DNA of 64,000 bases from a virus. Under the pieces are notes generated by a model that saw only the letters and a program-made list of their open reading frames with translations, did not search any database and was not told where the DNA came from. Location: positions 32,001 to 96,000 of IMG/VR virus record IMGVR_UViG_3300027704_003324, one strand, 5' to 3'. Below, one piece after another: positions 26,515 through 36,262 of the stretch (positions within the stretch are counted from its first letter, which is position 1; the number at the start of each line of letters is the position of its first letter). The position numbers and the translations under genes were made by a program.

Positions 26515-26610
26515 AAAAGAGACATTTCGGGTCTTTCAAGGTTACTGCATTAATGACAAGGTTAACCTTTACCTATATCTGTCAATTTAATCAGCTTTAC
26601 TGTCTCTCTT
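26515..26610 (-). ncRNA. candidate 6S-like (6S-Flavo-like) rod RNA
   Basis: 10-bp closing stem, asymmetric central bubble containing CUUGAAAGACCCGAAA, inner helices; ends 2 nt before the tRNA. Confidence 0.5.
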
Positions 26611-26614
26611 AATT

Positions 26615-26767
26615 TTAAATAGAACGATGTCTTCTTTTACTGTCCCATTCTACTTTTCTTGTACTACCTAACATAGATAGATTTGCTACTTTACTGTTAA
26701 AGGAATCCCTCATACCGTTTACTTGGGTATTTCCGTTTTGCTGACTACTTGAATCTACTTTTACCAT
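26615..26767 (-). CDS. small hypothetical protein (50 aa), not in the ORF track
   Basis: MVKVDSSSQQNGNTQVNGMRDSFNSKVANLSMLGSTRKVEWDSKRRHRSI, downstream of a promoter motif at ~26811. Confidence 0.55.
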   Translation of the reverse strand: MVKVDSSSQQNGNTQVNGMRDSFNSKVANLSMLGSTRKVEWDSKRRHRSI

Positions 26768-26844
26768 TACTTTTACTTACTAAATTAATATATATTGTTG
26801 TTTACGAACATATAAATATACAAAAAATATTTTAAGTCGCTTAA

Positions 26845-27660
26845 TTAATCTCTTCCTTTAATAACGGCTGAATTATGGTCTGAAAGTATAAGCTCTACAT
26901 GCGTTTTCGCAACGTTGTATTCAACTTCTCCACTTTCATCCTCATATTGTACAGGGTCATCCACACCCAACATGATAAATGCTTCAATTCTTTCAACAGA
27001 TGATGCTGATTTATAGTCGCTATTACCGCTAGGATAAGGCTTATAGGAAGTATTAGTACGTTTGTACACTTCATTAAAATCAATTCCCAACTCTTTAACC
27101 AGTTTCTGTCCATCTTTTAATATTCCAAATTTGTCTGTATCTAAGTAAGGAGTAAAATACCCTACTCTTTCTGCATCCCAATTCCCTTCTCGAAATGCTA
27201 AATCATCCGCGTCTCTAAACTCTTGTCTACAGTCCGGATATACTGCATGATCACCTGCGTGAATACCTAAAGCAATATCACAGGTCTCTTCTGCTTTATT
27301 AGCTACTGATAATGCTACAGCTTGTGTAATAGAAGCAAATATCTTATTCCTATTAGGTACTACTGTTTCTTTCATATTATCATTCTCATAATGTCCTTCA
27401 GGTACATCATCTCCTCCTTCAACTAATGCTGAATCTAGAAGGCTTGCAAGTCCGTCTAGTTTAATTTGACGATAATTAACTCTATGACCATTATCAGCTA
27501 GATAATTAATTAAAGATTGAGCCTTTTCTAACTCTACTCTATGCTTTTGACCATAATCAAATGAAATACCAGTTACGGTATCGTACTCTTTTAATGCTCT
27601 TAATAATAATGTGGAACTATCCATTCCACCACTTAATGATACTACTACATGCTTTGCCAT
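26845..27660 (-). CDS. queC: 7-cyano-7-deazaguanine synthase
   Basis: SGGMDS, FDYGQKH, TVVPNRN, YPDCR. Confidence 0.95.
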   Translation of the reverse strand: MAKHVVVSLSGGMDSSTLLLRALKEYDTVTGISFDYGQKHRVELEKAQSLINYLADNGHRVNYRQIKLDGLASLLDSALVEGGDDVPEGHYENDNMKETVVPNRNKIFASITQAVALSVANKAEETCDIALGIHAGDHAVYPDCRQEFRDADDLAFREGNWDAERVGYFTPYLDTDKFGILKDGQKLVKELGIDFNEVYKRTNTSYKPYPSGNSDYKSASSVERIEAFIMLGVDDPVQYEDESGEVEYNVAKTHVELILSDHNSAVIKGRD

Positions 27661-27748
27661 GTTCTATTATTTTTTAATTTGCCAGGTATTGATAACGTAT
27701 AGGCGGACGTTTTATTTAATATATGAAATATACTTCTATATTCCAACC

Positions 27749-28054
27749 TTATACTTCTAAAACTGAGGTTAGTGAATTACTAACAGTTTTCCATTTAGCA
27801 GCATACTCTTTTAAACTGTATACTTTTTTAGTAGGGTCACCATTAAGTAACTCTTTAGCAACTGTTTTTAAAGCTCCACCGAAGTGGGCTGGGTAGCATA
27901 TGGTTTTAATGTATTCGGTATCGTTATCTCCTTTGATAACTCTTTCGTAAACCGTATAACCTCCTGATTGAGATTTAGCGATAAAAAACGGTTCCATTAC
28001 CGGATCTTGAATCACGGTATCTCCTGCGGGTATTGAATCTGGTTTTCTTAACAT
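27749..28054 (-). CDS. hypothetical protein
   Basis: 101 aa ORF. Confidence 0.7.
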   Translation of the reverse strand: MLRKPDSIPAGDTVIQDPVMEPFFIAKSQSGGYTVYERVIKGDNDTEYIKTICYPAHFGGALKTVAKELLNGDPTKKVYSLKEYAAKWKTVSNSLTSVLEV

Positions 28055-28072
28055 AACTGATTTTAGTTTATT

Positions 28073-28336
28073 TTAAAATAATATTAACTCTTTTAGGGCT
28101 TGCTCTCTTAATTGCCCTACTTCTTTCTTTACTTCTTTACCTTCCTGTAGTACGACTGTAAAAGGAATACTCTTAACTTTATATTCTGCTGCTAATCCAG
28201 TAGTATCCGTTTCAATATTTACATTAACGAATTCTACCTTATCTTTTAGCTCTTCAGCTACTTTATCAAAAGTTTTAGCATAGACTTTACATGGTCCACA
28301 CCAATCGGCGTAGAACTTAATTACTTTTGTTCCCAT
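28073..28336 (-). CDS. trx: thioredoxin
   Basis: FYADWCGPCK, SIP. Confidence 0.95.
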   Translation of the reverse strand: MGTKVIKFYADWCGPCKVYAKTFDKVAEELKDKVEFVNVNIETDTTGLAAEYKVKSIPFTVVLQEGKEVKKEVGQLREQALKELILF

Positions 28337-28469
28337 AAGGCTTGGTGTTGTTGTAAGAATCGGCTTTTGAAAACTTAGCTCGAGGCTTTGAAGTTGATGT
28401 TGTTCTTGTTGGTTTATCCAACCAGCTCATTAGTTGAGCTACAGTTTGTTTTGCGGAATTTTGCGACAT
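28317..28469 (-). CDS. small hypothetical protein (50 aa), not in the ORF track
   Basis: MSQNSAKQTVAQLMSWLDKP..., directly after the promoter at ~28502. Confidence 0.5.
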   Translation of the reverse strand: MSQNSAKQTVAQLMSWLDKPTRTTSTSKPRAKFSKADSYNNTKPYGNKSN

Positions 28470-28534
28470 AAATAACTTATTTTGTTTATATTCTATATAT
28501 ACAATATACGAACTATAAGGGGTAAAAGCAACTG

Positions 28535-29074
28535 TTAATAGTAATAACTTCCTAATTGATATCTAGCGTACCAGTTAAGGTTTCCGTCGTGGCTACCAGA
28601 AGTAATTGTTATTGGGGAGTTACCTAATGTTGAACCACTAAATGCGTTGTTTGCAAACCATCCAGCAAATTCATATGGGTAGGTTGCTGTAGCTGTTAGA
28701 GTCATTGAAGGGCTACTACCAAAGTCTTGACGGTAACTGACTTCTGCTGTGGTAGTTACTTCTGTTGATCCTACTATCTCTACTGATCCATATGTTCCAG
28801 CGTTTACTGTATAAAAGTAAACGTTTTGGGCTAATTCACCAATACTTCCGGAACCTAAGTTAACGCATGTTGTAAGGTTTTGAACGTAGAACTGTGTAGC
28901 ATTGTCTTCAACGGTAAAAAACAGTCCATCATATAGGTCTTCTCCAGTAAATACTCCACTTGCAGAAACACTACTAGTTAGCAGGTTAGATGCAGAGATG
29001 GAGTTCTTAAATATATTCAGTGTGAGTATATCACCTGAAATTGCTGTGTTTTTTATTTTAACTACTTTGCTCAT
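28535..29074 (-). CDS. putative structural protein (C-terminal B-repeat-like domain)
   Basis: TLTATATYPYEFAGW...YARY; TATTTATA motif at 29079-29086. Confidence 0.5.
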   Translation of the reverse strand: MSKVVKIKNTAISGDILTLNIFKNSISASNLLTSSVSASGVFTGEDLYDGLFFTVEDNATQFYVQNLTTCVNLGSGSIGELAQNVYFYTVNAGTYGSVEIVGSTEVTTTAEVSYRQDFGSSPSMTLTATATYPYEFAGWFANNAFSGSTLGNSPITITSGSHDGNLNWYARYQLGSYYY

Positions 29075-29088
29075 ATATTATAAATAGG

Positions 29089-30804
29089 TTAACCATCACA
29101 ACTTAGACACTCAGTAGATGTTCTACTACCTATATCCCCATTAATAACACTATCAGTACGTAAGTAGTATAGTGTTTTGACACCTAATCTCCAGGCTGTT
29201 TGGTGAACTTCGTTAATAAATTTAGGACTATCAGTAGGATCGAAAGCTAAATTAAGTGATTGAGTCTGGTCAATGTACTTTTGTCTAGCTGCTGCTTGCT
29301 CTACTAACTTTAATTGGTTAATTTCAGCAAAAGTAAGGAATATTGGTTTATCCTCTGAAGGCATTACATCTTCGGGTAAATTAGCGATAGAACCTCTATC
29401 TTTCATAATTTGATCCCAAATTTCTTCACTATTATGACCTCTTTCCTCTAAATAGGATTCTAGAGCTCCGTTTTTACGTATAAAAGTGCCTTTTGCAGAG
29501 TTAAATGTGTATACATTAGCTGGTACTGGTTCTATTCCTGCAGATACTCCTCCTGCTATAGTACTATTAGAAACTGTTGGTGCAATAGCCATAACATGAG
29601 TATTTCTCATACCAGTACCTTTACACCATAGCGGTTCTCCGTATTCATCTGCTAATTTTCTTGAAGCATTTTCAGCTTTCTGTTTGATATCAGAAAATAT
29701 CTGATGAGTATATGATGTTGCAGCTATAGAATCGAAAGGAATTCTTTCGTTCTGTAAAAATGTATGCCATCCTAATACTCCTAATCCAATTGCTCTTCCT
29801 TTCTTAGCAGATCTATGAGACCTTACTAAAGATTCTTTACCATTAGTTTTAACTAAAAACTCTTCCATTACTCCGTCTAAGAAGTAAATTGCAGTTTCAA
29901 TTAAGTCACTATTCTTCCATTCGTGGTATTTAGATAAATTAACAGATGAAAGACAGCATATAAAAGAGTGCTCTTCGTCAGTATGTAATGTAATCTCAGA
30001 ACATATATTAGTCATAGATACATCTAAATTATTTTTCTTATATGCTGGTGGGTTAGCATTATTAACAGTATCGGAGAACATAATATAAGGTTCACCTGTT
30101 TCTACTCTAGATTTTAGTATTTTTACCCAAGTACCCATTGCCTCAGGGTCTCTATGATCAAGTTTTTGCATAAAGTTATCATCCACTACAACACATTGGT
30201 GTAGGTTTAGACACTGTCTGTTAGGGTCTCCTTTAGGTCGTCTAATCTCTAAGTATTCGTTAATATCTGGGTGATTTATATCTAGGTTTACTGATGCTGC
30301 TCCTCTACGAACTGATCCTTGATTTGTAGCAATTATAGTAGAATCGTATATCTTAGCCCAAGGTACTATACCTTCGGATTGTCCTGTATCTCCGTTTCCT
30401 ATTTTACCGCCTCTACCTCTTACCTTAGATAATCCAATTCCGACTCCTCCTCCTAATGAAGTTAGTCTCATTAATTCTGCGTTAGTAAGTCCTATACCTC
30501 TTATAGAGTCTGGAGTATCTATACCGAAACAAGAGATTGGGAGTCCCTTGTCTGTACCGGTATTAGATAAAACAGGTGAGGCTAAGTTCAACCAACCTTT
30601 CCACATATAACGAAAAAACTTATTTGCTAAGTCAGGTCGATCTAATCTTCTAGCTACTGTATCAGCAACTCTTTTAAATGCTTTTTTAGGAGTTTCGTCC
30701 GAAAGTAAATATCCTTTGGATATAGTTGCAATTGAAACTTCATTCATCCATTCTGGATAATCTTTACCTTTTTCCCACACAGAGGTATCTATTTCTATAC
30801 TCAT
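29089..30804 (-). CDS. nrdA: ribonucleotide reductase class I alpha subunit (short, no ATP cone)
   Basis: PISCF, TNICSEI, APTVSNS, KTLYYLR, C-terminal CLSCDG. Confidence 0.95.
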   Translation of the reverse strand: MSIEIDTSVWEKGKDYPEWMNEVSIATISKGYLLSDETPKKAFKRVADTVARRLDRPDLANKFFRYMWKGWLNLASPVLSNTGTDKGLPISCFGIDTPDSIRGIGLTNAELMRLTSLGGGVGIGLSKVRGRGGKIGNGDTGQSEGIVPWAKIYDSTIIATNQGSVRRGAASVNLDINHPDINEYLEIRRPKGDPNRQCLNLHQCVVVDDNFMQKLDHRDPEAMGTWVKILKSRVETGEPYIMFSDTVNNANPPAYKKNNLDVSMTNICSEITLHTDEEHSFICCLSSVNLSKYHEWKNSDLIETAIYFLDGVMEEFLVKTNGKESLVRSHRSAKKGRAIGLGVLGWHTFLQNERIPFDSIAATSYTHQIFSDIKQKAENASRKLADEYGEPLWCKGTGMRNTHVMAIAPTVSNSTIAGGVSAGIEPVPANVYTFNSAKGTFIRKNGALESYLEERGHNSEEIWDQIMKDRGSIANLPEDVMPSEDKPIFLTFAEINQLKLVEQAAARQKYIDQTQSLNLAFDPTDSPKFINEVHQTAWRLGVKTLYYLRTDSVINGDIGSRTSTECLSCDG

Positions 30805-30818
30805 TTCTTATTTATTTT

Positions 30819-31799
30819 TTAAAACATTGTTTCTGCATCCCAGTCCATATGACCTTTAGCATAATTTGTAACTCTATTAGCAAAGAAATCTGTTTGTTGT
30901 TTACCTGCTATTACAGCATCAAACCATTTCATCGTTTTTAAAGCTCCTTTGTTGATATCCGCTGAAGGAATTAAAGGCTTTAGCCCTAAGTCCCCCATTT
31001 TAGTATTGACTCTATGTTTTATAAAGTTCTTAAGCTCGTCTTTAGTTAAATTTTCTAAATCACCCATTTCAAATACCTTATCAATAAAGTCAAACTCTAA
31101 CTTAATAGCTGCTGTAGCTGCTTCTCTAATATCTTCTTCTAATTTAGGAGTTTTAAACTCAGGATGTTCTTCCATAAGAGTTCTAAATAACCAGCATCCA
31201 GCATTACTATGAAGAGATTCATCTCTTACTGACCATTCTACTATCTGTCCGACTCCTTTCAATAGGTTTCTCATTTTAAAAGACAGTAACACTGCAAAGG
31301 AACTAAATAAGTTAACACCTTCTGTAAAGGCAGAAAAGATAGCTAGAGAGACAGCTCTTTGATGCCAATCTGGTTTATCATGACTATCCCGAACATTCAT
31401 TAAGTTCTCTATTTTAGCCATAGTTGCCTCATCTTCCATAAATTCCGCAAAGTTATCTAATCCTAATTGTTCATTGAGAAGTGAATAAGCTTCTGCATGA
31501 ATAGTTTCAAAAGAACCAAACGTTACGCCCATCATAATTACTTCTGGTTTTCTAAACCAAGTGGTAACCAAGTTTGTCCAGTAATCATTTACTACTGTTT
31601 CTGTTTGTGCAAAGCCTTTTAGAATACCTCCTATTAGGTTCTTTTCATGTTCTTTTAGATTAGAATTCCAATCTGTTACATCTTGTGACATGGGTACTTC
31701 CGTATGTAACCAGTGTGCCTGCTGTTGTTTAAGCCAGTAGTCATATGCTTGTGGGTACTCAAAGGGTTTGTAGACGATTCTTTCGTTTAATAAACTCAT
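30819..31799 (-). CDS. nrdB: ribonucleotide reductase class I beta subunit
   Basis: ETIHAEAY, EGVNLFSSF, RDESLH, DFFANRVTNY. Confidence 0.95.
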   Translation of the reverse strand: MSLLNERIVYKPFEYPQAYDYWLKQQQAHWLHTEVPMSQDVTDWNSNLKEHEKNLIGGILKGFAQTETVVNDYWTNLVTTWFRKPEVIMMGVTFGSFETIHAEAYSLLNEQLGLDNFAEFMEDEATMAKIENLMNVRDSHDKPDWHQRAVSLAIFSAFTEGVNLFSSFAVLLSFKMRNLLKGVGQIVEWSVRDESLHSNAGCWLFRTLMEEHPEFKTPKLEEDIREAATAAIKLEFDFIDKVFEMGDLENLTKDELKNFIKHRVNTKMGDLGLKPLIPSADINKGALKTMKWFDAVIAGKQQTDFFANRVTNYAKGHMDWDAETMF

Positions 31800-31832
31800 A
31801 TATTCTTATATATTATTGGTTGATAGTTAGAC

Positions 31833-31864
31833 AAAAACGTCTCCGAAACGTGAATATCGGAGAC
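31833..31864 (-). terminator. hairpin plus T-tract between the helicase gene and nrdB
   Basis: GTCTCCGA...TCGGAGAC followed by GTTTTT. Confidence 0.55.
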
Positions 31865-31885
31865 TAAAATAAATAGCATATATAT

Positions 31886-33229
31886 TTAGGTTTTGTCGAA
31901 TATTTTTTCCATTTTTTCTTTAGTTAAGCTGTAAATCGGCTTATCGTCGGGAATTAAGTCTGAAGCGTTAGCTTCTCCGTCAAAAGTAATATGACCATTA
32001 TTAGTATCCATTTTAAGATTATAAGTCATACCATCTTGCCCGTATCTGTTCTTCATAACGTGCCATCTACCTGTACCTAGTACTTTATCTTCTTTCATTC
32101 TAGATAAAGAGAAACACATATCCGCTACCATCATCTTATCGTAAGAACCTGCTGCCTTATCTCCTTCAATTACTGAATCTTTAGCTCCCATACGGTTAAC
32201 CTGAGATGGAGTAATGATTGGTATCTTTAATTCTTTTGCTAATCCTTTAGTAGCAATAAATACATCATCAATTTCGTCTTTACGTTCGTTATATTTACCT
32301 TTAGAAGGAGCTCTTAAATAGTCCACATAGTCAATTACTATCATATCTGGTTTATGATCCATATCCATACATTTCTGTACGTGAGATTTTATAGTATTTA
32401 CTGTAGCCCCTTTAGGTGGGTATTCTTTTACTATTAACTTACCTTTTAATCCGTCTACTAGTATTTGAACTTCATCTCTATGTTTATTTACTTCGTCAAT
32501 TGAATGACCAGTAAAATAACAATCAAATCTCTTACCAACATAGTCTTCTCCTAATTCTAAGGTATAGTAGTTAACATTATATCCCATCTTGACTGCATGT
32601 GCTGCCATTGCTACACAAGTCCAACTCTTACCTCCTCCAGGATTACCAAAAACTATTGCTAAATCACCTGGACCGAATCCACCTTGAATACCTGCATTTA
32701 ATTCAGGCCATGGAGTTGGTATAGTAGGTCTATAGTCTTCTCTATAACGAGTTTCTACATCTTTATTATACTCATGACCCATATTCTTATCCATACCTGC
32801 TTTCATGGCTTTTTCGATCTGGTTTCTAATACCATCGAAATCTCCATCTTTTAATAAGTCGGTAGAATTTAAGATTGCGGCTTTCATTTCTTGATTCTTA
32901 CAAAAAGTAGTAAACTCTTCCTGTATATACTCTAGATCATCTTGTGAAGCTTCGTAAGAGTTTCTAAGCTCTTCTTTTAATGCAACTACTAGTACCTCAT
33001 TTTCAACCTTTTGAAGTTCTACTTTAAGAACATCCATTGTAATGTTTGTATGGTAATTGTCAAAGTAACTAATTATTTGACTTATAATCCACTTATGTGA
33101 ATCTGCGTCAAAATATCCTTCTTGAAGGACGTCTCTTACATTAAGTAAGAACGTTTTGTCGGTCAATAAGGATCCTAATACTTTTAATTGGAACCCCTTC
33201 CCGTACTGCTGTAGCGATTTTAATGTCAT
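31886..33229 (-). CDS. DnaB/T4 gp41-like replicative helicase
   Basis: GNPGGGKS, TLEL, IDYVD, SQVNR, KNRYG. Confidence 0.9.
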   Translation of the reverse strand: MTLKSLQQYGKGFQLKVLGSLLTDKTFLLNVRDVLQEGYFDADSHKWIISQIISYFDNYHTNITMDVLKVELQKVENEVLVVALKEELRNSYEASQDDLEYIQEEFTTFCKNQEMKAAILNSTDLLKDGDFDGIRNQIEKAMKAGMDKNMGHEYNKDVETRYREDYRPTIPTPWPELNAGIQGGFGPGDLAIVFGNPGGGKSWTCVAMAAHAVKMGYNVNYYTLELGEDYVGKRFDCYFTGHSIDEVNKHRDEVQILVDGLKGKLIVKEYPPKGATVNTIKSHVQKCMDMDHKPDMIVIDYVDYLRAPSKGKYNERKDEIDDVFIATKGLAKELKIPIITPSQVNRMGAKDSVIEGDKAAGSYDKMMVADMCFSLSRMKEDKVLGTGRWHVMKNRYGQDGMTYNLKMDTNNGHITFDGEANASDLIPDDKPIYSLTKEKMEKIFDKT

Positions 33230-33310
33230 TGTTTATAACCTGTTTTAATTATACTTAAATATACGATTTATTATTGTCTTATACAAGCTAAATCGAATAA
33301 AAGAATACTA

Positions 33311-34342
33311 TTATTTGAAGACTGTTAAGCTTCTAAAATTCTCTAACCATCCTTCAGTATTTTTTGTAATACCTTCTATCTGGTCTTGTTCTAGCAAGTG
33401 TAAAAAAGCTCCTGTTTGTAAATCCGGAACATTTCCACGTATTATGTTGTGTACTATATCTTTTTCTTTTTCATCTAAAGAAGACTCATGTAAGTCCATT
33501 AGAGTATAGTTAGTTTCAACACGATCCCATTCAGTAATGATTTTAGGAAAGATCTTTTTTACTTTTGGATCCTCTAATTTTTTAGCACATACATCATAGA
33601 CATATTCTAAAGTAGTTCCCGGTTTATTAACTAAGTCTGGGAATTCTTTTATGATTGTTTTTATACCTAATCCTTTAACACCTGCTAAATTATCTGAATT
33701 ATCACCTAGTAAGGCTTTAACTACGTTATAATTTCCAGGGAGTACTTTTAATTCTTCTTCAATATTTGCTGCCGTAAAGACTTTTTTCTTAATTGGAGCA
33801 TATACCTCTATTTCATTATTTACTAACTGTAAAAAATCTTTATCTGAAGAAACAATTGTAACCTTTTTACCGGATGCAGATCCTTTTTGTGCTAAGTACG
33901 CTATTATATCATCTGCTTCTAGTTTTTCCATAACCATAGACTGTACTGGTAGGCATTCTAGGTAGTCCTGTGTTCTGTGTAACTGTCCTATTAAAGCTTC
34001 CATCTCTTCTGCTTTAGAATCGTATAAGCCCCAATGAGTAATTCTTGATGTAGCTCTTTGAGCTTTATAATTAGGGTCTATATTCTTTCTATTAGCTGAT
34101 CCTCCTTTTCCGTCCCAAATAATTACTACCCTTGTAGGGTTAAATGTCCTTGTAACAAATCCTAAAGACCTTAAGAATCCAACCGTACCACCTATATGGT
34201 GGCCGGTCGGGTTCATCGCCTTGAGTAGAGAGAAACTACGAATTAACATATTCATAGCATCTATGACCAATATATGATCATTTAACTCTCGAGGAGGGGT
34301 TTCTTTAAGGTTTTCTAAAATACTTTGTTGTAGTTTGTTCAT
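33311..34342 (-). CDS. 5'-3' exonuclease / RNase H (flap endonuclease family)
   Basis: IDAMN, YKAQR, EADDII, SSDKDFLQL, GDNSDNLAGVKGLG. Confidence 0.92.
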   Translation of the reverse strand: MNKLQQSILENLKETPPRELNDHILVIDAMNMLIRSFSLLKAMNPTGHHIGGTVGFLRSLGFVTRTFNPTRVVIIWDGKGGSANRKNIDPNYKAQRATSRITHWGLYDSKAEEMEALIGQLHRTQDYLECLPVQSMVMEKLEADDIIAYLAQKGSASGKKVTIVSSDKDFLQLVNNEIEVYAPIKKKVFTAANIEEELKVLPGNYNVVKALLGDNSDNLAGVKGLGIKTIIKEFPDLVNKPGTTLEYVYDVCAKKLEDPKVKKIFPKIITEWDRVETNYTLMDLHESSLDEKEKDIVHNIIRGNVPDLQTGAFLHLLEQDQIEGITKNTEGWLENFRSLTVFK

Positions 34343-35412
34343 TAATCTAAGATTCCTTTAGTAATAACTTCTTCTTCTAAATCTCCTTCTTCAATAAGAT
34401 CGAAATCTATACTACCAACTAGCTTTAACCAATGCTCTTTATGTGCATCTCTATACTTGTCAATAGCTTTTTTATCATCTGGTATAAAACCATGTGATGT
34501 CATTACTACTTTTCCTCTCGATTGTACTCCTCCAATATGATTCTTCTCAACTTGAATATTAGTACGTTTAGCAAACTCTACTTGTAGGCCATTTTTAACA
34601 GCTTTAATCTTAGATGTTCCCGGGTTAGTAATGTTTCCAAAAGTTACTACTAATGTTGCATCATACCACATTGACATTCCTCCTTTATTCTGTAATTTAG
34701 GTTGTCCCATTGGATGTTCTGGTTTCATGGTCCAAACTTTATTAATAGCTACTAACGTATTAGTATAGGGACTATTTTCCTTACGAGATAATAGTATTTT
34801 CTGGTTTAAATTATTACCAAATTGAGTAGACATAGCTCCTGCATTCCATTCATTATTGTTCTTATTAGAACGTACTGATAAATCACAAGGTATAGATCCA
34901 ATTGAATCCCAGAAGAAACACATATCGTGAGGTAGATTACCTTTTGATTGCTCATCAATTAGATCAGCCATATGTACTGCTACTTCTTCAATTGTATTTA
35001 ACGTACCTCTGTCTGCGTATAAGAAAAAGCCTTCATAATCTGTTACATTACCATTTTCGTCTTTAACTTCATCAAACTGTAAGCCCATCTCTTTAGCATG
35101 CTCCCAAGACCATTTCATCTCTGAAATTATAAATACTGGTAGTATGCCTAGCTTTTGAGAATTAACTGCTGCTTCTAATAATGCAGTTGTTTTTCCGGTA
35201 TCACTGTGTCCACGTAATAATGTAATGTGACCAGTAGGTATCCCAGGTAGAGACGTAATATCTTGGTAAGCATCAGAAAGAGGTATCCATCCTTGTTTCT
35301 TAAACTTAACCGAAGAATTCGAAAATCCTTTCTTCTTTTTAAAGTTTCCTAAGTTAAAACTCTTCTTCACAGCCGCACTCGCGGCCTCTTGAACTTCTTT
35401 CTTTTTTGCCAT
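34342..35412 (-). CDS. RecA/UvsX-like recombinase
   Basis: GIPTGHIT..GHSDTGKTT, WDSIG, KGG. Confidence 0.85.
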   Translation of the reverse strand: MAKKKEVQEAASAAVKKSFNLGNFKKKKGFSNSSVKFKKQGWIPLSDAYQDITSLPGIPTGHITLLRGHSDTGKTTALLEAAVNSQKLGILPVFIISEMKWSWEHAKEMGLQFDEVKDENGNVTDYEGFFLYADRGTLNTIEEVAVHMADLIDEQSKGNLPHDMCFFWDSIGSIPCDLSVRSNKNNNEWNAGAMSTQFGNNLNQKILLSRKENSPYTNTLVAINKVWTMKPEHPMGQPKLQNKGGMSMWYDATLVVTFGNITNPGTSKIKAVKNGLQVEFAKRTNIQVEKNHIGGVQSRGKVVMTSHGFIPDDKKAIDKYRDAHKEHWLKLVGSIDFDLIEEGDLEEEVITKGILD

Positions 35413-35416
35413 AAAT

Positions 35417-36211
35417 TTACTCGTTAAATAAGTCGTCGAACTTGCTTACTGTGTCCTGATTACCTGCAGATGCAGTTTCTAATGTAAAGTCACTTTCCGT
35501 CTTTGCTACTGCTGGTGCAGGAGTTGCCGATGGAGAAGGAGCTGATGCCGGTACTGCATTAGGATCCAAATACATTTGTAATTGTTTCTTAATATAGTTG
35601 TAATCATACTCGTTGTGAACTTCTTCAGGGTTTGGTTGACTCTTTAACCAGATATCTACTTCATCAGCTTTCTCTGACAATCCACTACTATTACGTTTTG
35701 GTCGTACTGATGTTTCTGGGTAAGGATTCCCTTGAGCCATGGTAAGAGTTAAGTCTGTACCGTTTACTGGGTCTGTAATATCACCGTAATCTTCATCAGC
35801 AACGATTGCCAATAGAGCTTTGTAAATAGTAATACCGAATCCCCATAGTCTTACACCTTTCTCTTCTTCACCTCTTACTAATACAGGAGCAAAGATACGA
35901 GTTTTAGGAGTTAATTTACCTGCTAGAGACCAATTGTCTTTATCAGATGTCTTTTTAAGTTCGGCTACGAACTCTTCTACTGGATCTTGTTTGCCAAAAT
36001 TCGATAGTGCTACCATCGGATACTTTCCTACACCGTAATGGAATTTCATTTCCTTAAAAGGCATAGTTGGGTTAAAGGCAGAAGGGACTAATCTAATAGT
36101 CTGCTCTCCAATACTTGGTTTCCAAAAAATCTTTGTGTAGTCTGTTTTTTCTCTCTCCTGACCATTAGAGTTTAAGGCTTCTAGTTTCGCCTTGATCGCA
36201 TTCAAATCCAT
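35417..36211 (-). CDS. single-stranded DNA-binding protein (gp32-like)
   Basis: FWKP, IRLVP, DITDPVNG, acidic tail FDDLF. Confidence 0.8.
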   Translation of the reverse strand: MDLNAIKAKLEALNSNGQEREKTDYTKIFWKPSIGEQTIRLVPSAFNPTMPFKEMKFHYGVGKYPMVALSNFGKQDPVEEFVAELKKTSDKDNWSLAGKLTPKTRIFAPVLVRGEEEKGVRLWGFGITIYKALLAIVADEDYGDITDPVNGTDLTLTMAQGNPYPETSVRPKRNSSGLSEKADEVDIWLKSQPNPEEVHNEYDYNYIKKQLQMYLDPNAVPASAPSPSATPAPAVAKTESDFTLETASAGNQDTVSKFDDLFNE

Positions 36212-36262
36212 ATAACTGTTTTTTAATTGTTTATAACTTATTATTAATATACGAAGAATATT

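Noticed and set aside
26515-26610. Hammerhead or twister ribozyme reading of the rod RNA
   Set aside because: CUGAUUA does not match the CUGANGA core, and the stems do not fit either topology
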